From assembly GCA_964016885.1 (NCBI GenBank), contig OZ024748.1:7998001-8062000 (forward strand): 64,000 bases of DNA. Reading direction: 5' to 3'. The translations under genes were made by a program, and so were the position numbers. This DNA comes from Eledone cirrhosa (lineage: Eukaryota). Below are positions 56,187 through 64,000 of the stretch, one piece after another; within the stretch, counting starts at the first letter, position 1; the number at the start of each line of letters is the position of its first letter. Under the pieces are notes generated by a model. It saw nothing but the letters and a program-made list of their open reading frames with translations. It ran no database searches and was not told the DNA's origin.

Positions 56187-57737
56187 GCCTGCCCTTCAGT
56201 CTATGTTAGAAGATATATTTGTGTTTTTTTAATATTACCAATTTTATTAAACTGATATCTTAAATATTTAGCTTCCTAAGTGGTGAGTAGCGGAGCTGTA
56301 TGTCGAAAATATAACAAGGTCAGATCTTGCAGGGAAAGCCATGATGATAAACATTCATTTTAATCATAATCGCTAGATATTTCCTGTCCAACAAGTCACA
56401 GTGTAAATGCTTCGGTAATTTCTCGACGTAATTTTCTGGAGTGATTACTCGCGCCATGTTAGTGAGCAATGGTATTTGTTCTCCTCAGATGATGTGTAGT
56501 GTTTTAGTCAATATAAATATCACAAACTATCCATCATACTAACAGCAACAGATATTGGTTTCATACTCACACAGTTTGTAACAAGTTTTGTGAGAAAGCA
56601 ATATCAGCCAATAAACTGGACGAAGTATATCACTGGTATACGAAAATTATCGTCGACTGCGGCGAGATTTGAATATATATAGATAGATGAAAATATTGAA
56701 TACAATAATAGATTTAATATACTTTGTATTGGTTTAGTTTAGTTTGGTTCAGCTTTCACAAACCCTTAGAAACTGATGAGGATGGGGCTCGTATTGTTCA
56801 GTTTAAACTGTTGCTTGTTGACGTTTGCAAGAAAACCCTGTGCGAGAGATCTGATCTTCTACCAAGAAAGTATTGTGGCTACTGCGGTCCCTGGATATTA
56901 TGACAATAAAGTCTTTCTCGAGTACTTTAGTTCGCTGAGAATGGAAACTAATTCGTTGCTTTGAATAGTCAAGAACTTAACATTTGTTCTAAGGAATTTG
57001 ATACTAAATATATACTATAATATATTACTATTAAACATATATACTACAATATATTACTATTAAATATATAGGTACTACAATAAACAACTATTCGTTGTAT
57101 ATAATATATATCATTACAAAAATATACAATGTTTGTTGTATTAATCTATGTGCCCATGTAAACACTTTTCAAATTGTTTGAGACTGCTTTGTAGTAACAT
57201 AACGTTAGAATATACTTGTATCAATTACATTATCGATTTGAGAGATTTATCTTTAGGCTGGAATCAAAGAACATTATGCCAATAGTTGACCTATCACTTT
57301 TTTCTTTATACTGTCTTTTTCGTCCTTAATATTTCAAGATGAAACTATATACTTTCAAGACATGTATCAGTGAGATCAATCGTTTTATGGCTATTATTCT
57401 TTTATTTCATATTTCACACACTTAGGCAGTGAAAACTTGAGATTTACAAACATGATAAATTGAAAATTCTCACGTTTAATCTATTGTTCTTTTTGTATGT
57501 GAATAGTGGAATGGTTAAGACGTTAGCTTCCCAAACATGAGTTATCGGGTTTGATGTTACTGTGAGACACTTTAGACGAGTTCCTTTCAATTTATCTACG
57601 TAACTATGTATAATCAATAAAGACCTTAATGTGAAACCTCGCTTTGTTTTCAATATATACACTCTACCTTACCATAGCCTGTTGGTTTTGGTACCTTTCT
57701 CGGTAAACCACGAATCTACTGAGCCACCTATATATAC

Positions 57738-57858
<121 letters not shown>

Positions 57859-58395
57859 CGTGCGTGCGTATGCCATCCTTTTGTTCTAGCGGTCACTAAA
57901 ATAAAAGGATAGTGTAATGAGGCTGTTTACTTGCAACCGAATCGAATATTGTTATCATTCGATGTAAAACACACGAATACATTTACGTATCAGCTATGCT
58001 AGAGCGGAAAACCAAATTCTAATTTTGTACTCCCTCCTCTTATCTTTAAATATTTCTCACTTGTAAAACAATTAAGTGCTAACAATAAACTTGCTAATTT
58101 CGTATTGTATTATCTAAATATTTTCTCATGCATGTAAATGGTAACAAATATGAAGAGTTCCTCATTATCTGCGATATGTATTAGAATTAGGTTGCAACAA
58201 ATATATTTGGCAAGATAACTAACATAACCAGTATGCCAGTTTCCGCCACAAACCTGGTCAATATTAACCCATTGGAGAGCGACTGTCAGTTTCTCGTCCC
58301 TAGCAACAAGATCAATAATTATAGCTGATTGAATTATTATAGACTAATTCTATTAATGTTTACCGTATGCTACATATATATATATATATATTCTA

Positions 58396-58496
<101 letters not shown>

Positions 58497-59208
58497 CAGA
58501 GTTTCTAGTATGTATTGACTGGTTATGTTAATTTCAGTCGTATTAAGACTATTCTTGTCCAACGAAAGGTCGTATCACTTACATTACAGCTTATTAATAT
58601 AAAAGAAATCAATGTTTGATCAGAATATTAAATTATCTTCGGGCGTAAAACTAATTTACTGCTCATATAACTGTACTTAGAAATAGGTAACAAGTAATAA
58701 ATTCTACATATTTGATACTTCTTGCTGTCTTGTAAGCTGAAATTAAACTGGAGGATTTCAAAACCTGTTAGCGCTGTCTCACACATATAGCCCCCAAAAT
58801 AACAAGATTCTTTATATACTGCACCACGGCCATCAGCAATTTTCTCACATCGCAAACCTGTTAAATGATTATTAAATTTAAACATAGATACCTATTTATG
58901 GAACGTTACCTCGGAAATGGCATTTAATTGTATAGCAGGTTATTGAAGCATGTTTTTGGTAGCAAACTGAATGGCGTCCTTTTTAAATGTAAAGAGTAAG
59001 AAAGATGTGATTACAGAAGATTTAAAATTAAAATAAATGTAGATAAAAGAATTATACAAGTTATGGTGTTTAAGTTTTTATAACTCTGTGTATGTGTGTG
59101 TGCGCGTGTTTGTGTGTGTGTGTGTGGGGGGGTCTGTGTGTGCGCGTGTGCGCGCGCGTGTGTGTGTGTGCGTCTGTGACTTAAATGAGATCCTTATATA
59201 GCTGGGTA

Positions 59209-59387
59209 TTGGCAGTATCGGTAGAGGGTCGGGCACCATGCTTTGAAGCATAGAGTTACCTCCCTTTATGATCTGAGTTCAAATCCCGCCGAGGTTAACT
59301 TTGCCTTTCATCCTTACGGGGTCGATAAAATAAAGTACCAGTAATGCACTGTGATAATTGCTGGCCTGGTGCCAAAAGTAGAAACAA
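59209..59387 (+). mobile_element. tRNA-derived SINE family A, young copy with a 15-bp TSD
   Basis: A box TGGCAGTATCGG, B box GAGTTCAAATCC, core gaggttaactttgcctttcatccttacggggtcgataaaataaagtacc. TSD ttatatagctgggta at 59194-59208 and 59388-59402. Confidence 0.9.
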
Positions 59388-60084
59388 TTATATAGCTGGG
59401 TAAAAGTAGATAGTATTACACTCCATGTATATGGTTATAGGAAATGCCGACTATGAGTCGCAGAAAAATACAATATCGTTAAACAATAAGCATATCCCCG
59501 TGGCGACACCTAGATGGTTCGTTCATATGAAAACATTAATGAGAGTTATACCAGACAATAAGATAAGGTAGCAGAAGCCACACAGCAACAAGATAGTAAA
59601 CAAAAGGCAGCAAATGAAAAGGTCAGAGCCAACTAGCAAAGTAAAGTAGTTGGATCAATGAAAACAGAGCCCCAATGGATCGACCAATTAGATTTATAGA
59701 AACACAGAGAAATCTAACTCTGTGAATATCTGTTTCACTCGACTGAAGACCGCCAACATGGCGTGATACTCAAGTAGCAATCTACTCATCTGTTTGACTA
59801 AATATATGAACAATCTCGACAATCAAGCCTTAAGTATTGTATTCCTTTTAGCGTGTGCAGATCTTTAGAAGAGAATACACACACATATGTGTGAGTGTAA
59901 AGAGAGAGGGAGAGAGGGAGATAGAGAGATAGATAAAGAGAGGGAGAGAGAGTGAGAGGAAGAAAGAGAGGTAGAGAGAGAGAAAGAGAGGGAGAGAGGT
60001 GGAGAGAGGGAAAGAGAAATCTGTATGTTTCTGTACAAAATAATTACACTTTACATTCTTCTATCTTCTCTCTTGAACCCGTAA

Positions 60085-60650
60085 CTCCTGGTGAAGTTCT
60101 AGTGAAATACGACATTTCTTGGGAATGATTCTCAGCCTGGCGGAACCCATCTCCTCTCAAGATCTGAATATGGTTAGTTACTTCCAGAGTAAAAACAGAA
60201 AGAGATATAGATGAGGAATTGATTCAACAACTGGACTGGTACTTTTTTTTATCGATCTCGAAATGACGAAAGGCAAGGTTGAACGTCGGTGGAATTTGAA
60301 CTCAGGCCCCAGAAAGCCGGAACGAATACCACAAAATATCTGACCTAACAACTCTACCAATTCGCCGCCTAAACTTTACATTGTATTGTATATATGGTCC
60401 CGTAACTCCTGTTAGAGTCGTAAGGACGCCGTATTGACAGACTGTGTTTCTTGGGTATTTTAAGCCTGGTGGAAGATTTCTTCCAGAGAGAGGAAGAATC
60501 GACCCCAGTACTAGACTGGTACTTTTTTATCGACCTCGAAAGGATGAAAGGCAAAGTTGACCTTGGTGGAATTTGAACTCAGAGAGCCGGAAGGAATACC
60601 AGAAAGCATTCTATCTGACCTTTTAACGGCACTGGCAATTCGTCGTCTAA
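60085..60650 (-). mobile_element. Two copies of an older SINE family A subfamily with an extended 3' tail; relatives at 14570-14880, 26395-26660, 44600-44830 and 61330-61455
   Basis: Share the gaaaggcaaagttgacc..ggaatttgaactc core and tail blocks such as ccgtaactcctg and agcctgg.ggaa. Confidence 0.7.
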
Positions 60651-62148
60651 ACTTTATATTACGTTTCCAATTATAAAAAAAAGAAGAAGGAAAATAATCT
60701 CTGTGAAACAATCTTCTCATTGAGATTATCTGAAAATCATAAATAATCTGATTGAAGAAAGAAACACATTCAAGAGAAAACATTATTTCACATATTTCTT
60801 TCTTCTAACACACATACACAATATCAAAACAATATGGAGAATGTCTGATCAACCATCGTAATATTTTGATATTCTTCATCTTGTTTTTATGAGATTTATC
60901 CAACATAAATTGGAAGCCTTGTTGTTTCATAATGATGTTAAAGTGTCCCCCTAGGATTTACTGTCGATATTTATGTAAACACTCAACAACTGCCACGACT
61001 TCTTTCGTAATAGGAAAATGAAACAGCTTTGTTTTGGTGTATTTAAACGTACGAAAGAAAGATTTAATAGGAAAATTTTCTTGTGATAATGTTGTAGCCA
61101 GGCGAGAGTCTAACATGTCGCTCTCCACCTGAAATGAGTTGTCAATATCATGCAGCTAAGAATCTTCTATATCGATTTTATTTTCCCTTAAAGCAGCAAC
61201 AGCTTCTTCAGAAATGGCGAAAGTGTTACATTTCTTTAAGGATCATACTTTATCAACAAACCTTGGCACCCTAAACCTACAGTTTGTTTTTTCAAGTGTG
61301 TTTTCAAAAGTATGCGTTCTCTTCTGACCTCCCAGAGAAGGATAGAGAGAGTGATAGAATGGAAGTGAGAAAGAGATACAGAGAAAGAATCGACCCCAGT
61401 ACTAGACTGGTACTTTTTTATCGACCTTGAATGGATGAAAGGCAAAGTTGACCTGGAGTTGCTACGTTATTGCTGCCAAACAGTATCGGCCTTTGTCTTT
61501 CTCTTGGACGATACCAGTAGCGTAGAGAAGAGACTGGTGAGCATGGTTGGCAACTAGTCTTCCATAAAAACATTTTGGTCGGTTTTATCGGTCTTCTGCT
61601 TTGGAGAGGAAATTTCTAGGTACAAAAACCTTTGGTAATTCGTGACAAAAATAGGTCTTAAGGTCATTGGTCGCGGACGAAAAGAGCCATTTTATGAAAT
61701 TCTTCCTACGTCATATCAATTTTCCATTACCCAGCATAATTTTAAATCTATCAATCTATTAGTTTGTACCCAGTCTGTATCATCTCTACATTATATTCGA
61801 TTTATGTATATCAAATATTCAATTAGAATGATGTTGACTATCATAATTCATTTTGAAAGGTGAAATATTGTTAGCAACATTTTGAAAGGAGAAATATGGC
61901 TACTAACTTTTCTGAACGTCTGATTTATCGAATTATTCCACACTTGTGTAGAACTATAAACGTCCATTTATTTCACAAATCTTCCATATTGAATCCATTC
62001 GTAAACGGTAGATATATTGAAAGACTTGGGTCACGGTAGGTAGAGTGATTCCCATCATTCACGTTTTAATTAAATTTATTTTCTTCGATCACAAAAAATA
62101 TTCTTTCAACTGTATTTTATTTATGTTTGCATACCATGCATTCCAAAA

Positions 62149-62358
62149 TCTTCTTCTTCTTCTTCTTCTTCTTCTTCTTCTCTCCCCCCCCCCCATTCTT
62201 GAGAGTATCATGGTGACAGAGTCCTGAAACACTCTTCTAATGGGTTCCTGTCAGAAGCAACCATTTCCACATGAGCTAGCTGGATCCCCAAGCGAGACCA
62301 GTCGGACTCATGGGTGTTATCCAACGTCCTGCTTGGGATCTACCCATGGGTTTCTTAC
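62149..62358 (-). mobile_element. RTE-clade LINE 3' fragment with (GAA)n tail
   Basis: Minus strand reads KKPMGRS/..LDNTHESDWSRLGI (RPxGRP..W.D-like terminus), followed by (GAA)n. Confidence 0.5.
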
Positions 62359-62527
62359 ATAGGTGACTGCTGATCTTCCACAAACAAACCTTGCCCAGGA
62401 TTGTGCCTCGGAGGGAAACTTTCTAGTTGAAAACCATGATCATTAGTGACCGATTAATTAACCCGAGGTCAGACCCGACTAAACAGACTTTTGATCAATG
62501 ATGTGCAATTTCGTCTTTGTTCATGTA

Positions 62528-62908
62528 GACGCCATGCTTTCTAGCATAGTTACGTCCCTTTACGGTCTGAGTTCAAATCCCGTCGAGGTTAACTTTGCCT
62601 TTCATCCTTACGGGGTCGATTAAATAAAGTACCAGTAATGTACTGGGAAATTACTGGCCTTGTGCCAAAAGTAGAAACAATTATATAATATGGATTGGCA
62701 GAATCGATAGAATGTCAGATGTAATGCTTTGTAGCATAGAGTTGCGGCCCTTTAAGTTCTGAATTCAAATCCCGACGAGATTAGCTTTGTCTTTCATCCG
62801 TACGGGGTTGATCAAATAAATTACCAGTAACACACTGGGGTCGATTTAATCGACTTTCCTCATCCTCTTCAAATTGCTGGCCTTGTGCTTACATAAGAAA
62901 CCATTATA
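62528..62908 (+). mobile_element. Two head-to-tail SINE family A copies
   Basis: A 5'-truncated copy at about 62528-62685 is followed directly by a full copy at about 62690-62908. Confidence 0.82.
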
Positions 62909-63331
62909 TATTATGTCGTTTTTTTTAAAGAAGGTAGTGTGTAATCTGAGAGGAATATGTTTGTTGTTTTAAACATTATATTTTATTATATACGTCATAT
63001 CAACTTTTTCAAATCTCAGCAGAATTTTAAATTCCATTAGTTTCTACCCAGGCTACATTATGACTATACATCAGTCCATTTATGCGCATCAAATATTCAT
63101 AATGAATAATTTCATATTGTAATATTTTTATAGACGGTGACTTGACAGAAATGTTGGAACGTCGGAGACAATACATTACGGTATTTATTCCGGCTCTTTT
63201 GTACTCTGAGTTTAAATCCCACCGAGTCAACTTTGACTTTAAGCTGTGGTTCAATAATGGGTTAAAGTCTTACGCTATATCTCTTTCCAACTTCTTCTCT
63301 TGTTAATGGTGAAAGACATACAGGTAACAAG

Positions 63332-63570
<239 letters not shown>

Positions 63571-63663
63571 TTGTATGTGAAAGGTAAACAGAAATAACAA
63601 CACAATCGGTACAGTATATGGAAGGGATATATTAGGTTAACGCTTGATATAGCAGGAAGAGGG

Positions 63664-63699
63664 TCTTAACGTTTCGGACGCTAGTCCTTCATCAGAAGA
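63664..63699 (-). ncRNA. Minimal type I hammerhead ribozyme motif (Penelope-like-element type)
   Basis: Minus strand: UCUU-CUGAUGA-A-GGAC-UAGC-GUCC-GAAA-C-GUU^AAGA. Stems I and II are each 4 bp, and stem III is the palindrome AACGUU (dimer architecture). Confidence 0.82.
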
Positions 63700-63839
63700 A
63701 AGAATTAGAAATAAGATAGATTGAGGGGACGGGAGGGATGGAATTGAAAAATAAATGTCTTTAGATAAGATAAAAATTACAGATCCATTCATGTTGACAT
63801 CTCTTGCAAAACTCTACTATATATATATATATATATATA

Positions 63840-63920
<81 letters not shown>

Positions 63921-64000
63921 CAGTAGTACGTAATCTGTGGTTATTATTGACAGTTGTTTTGACAATAGACGTAAGAATAACATGTAACTATTGTTGGGAA

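Overview
AT-rich, microsatellite-dense eukaryotic DNA. The SINE families and (TA)n/(TG)n load suggest an octopod cephalopod (inference). The only protein-coding gene I can support is the 5' half of a minus-strand tandem-GAF cyclic-nucleotide phosphodiesterase (PDE11A-like). It has 8 coding exons with canonical GT-AG boundaries and consistent phases (40087 to 4945, about 515 aa, GAF-A plus GAF-B); the catalytic exons lie beyond the left edge. The introns and upstream region hold two tRNA-derived SINE families, a non-autonomous Helitron, hAT and Tc1/mariner MITEs, CR1, RTE and R4/Dong-type LINE fragments, and five tandem arrays. Two of those arrays visibly grew out of transposon sequence. The most interesting signal is a set of short elements sitting in or beside (TA)n/(TG)n microsatellites. 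They carry minimal, dimer-type hammerhead ribozyme motifs (about 8-10 copies in several subfamilies, including a U3-A8 compensatory variant and long-stem-II forms) and/or near-perfect foldback palindromes. This looks like a Penelope-like or retrozyme-like non-autonomous retroelement system, and some motifs lie in the sense orientation of the PDE pre-mRNA. Nearly all ORFs in the supplied track are microsatellite translations.
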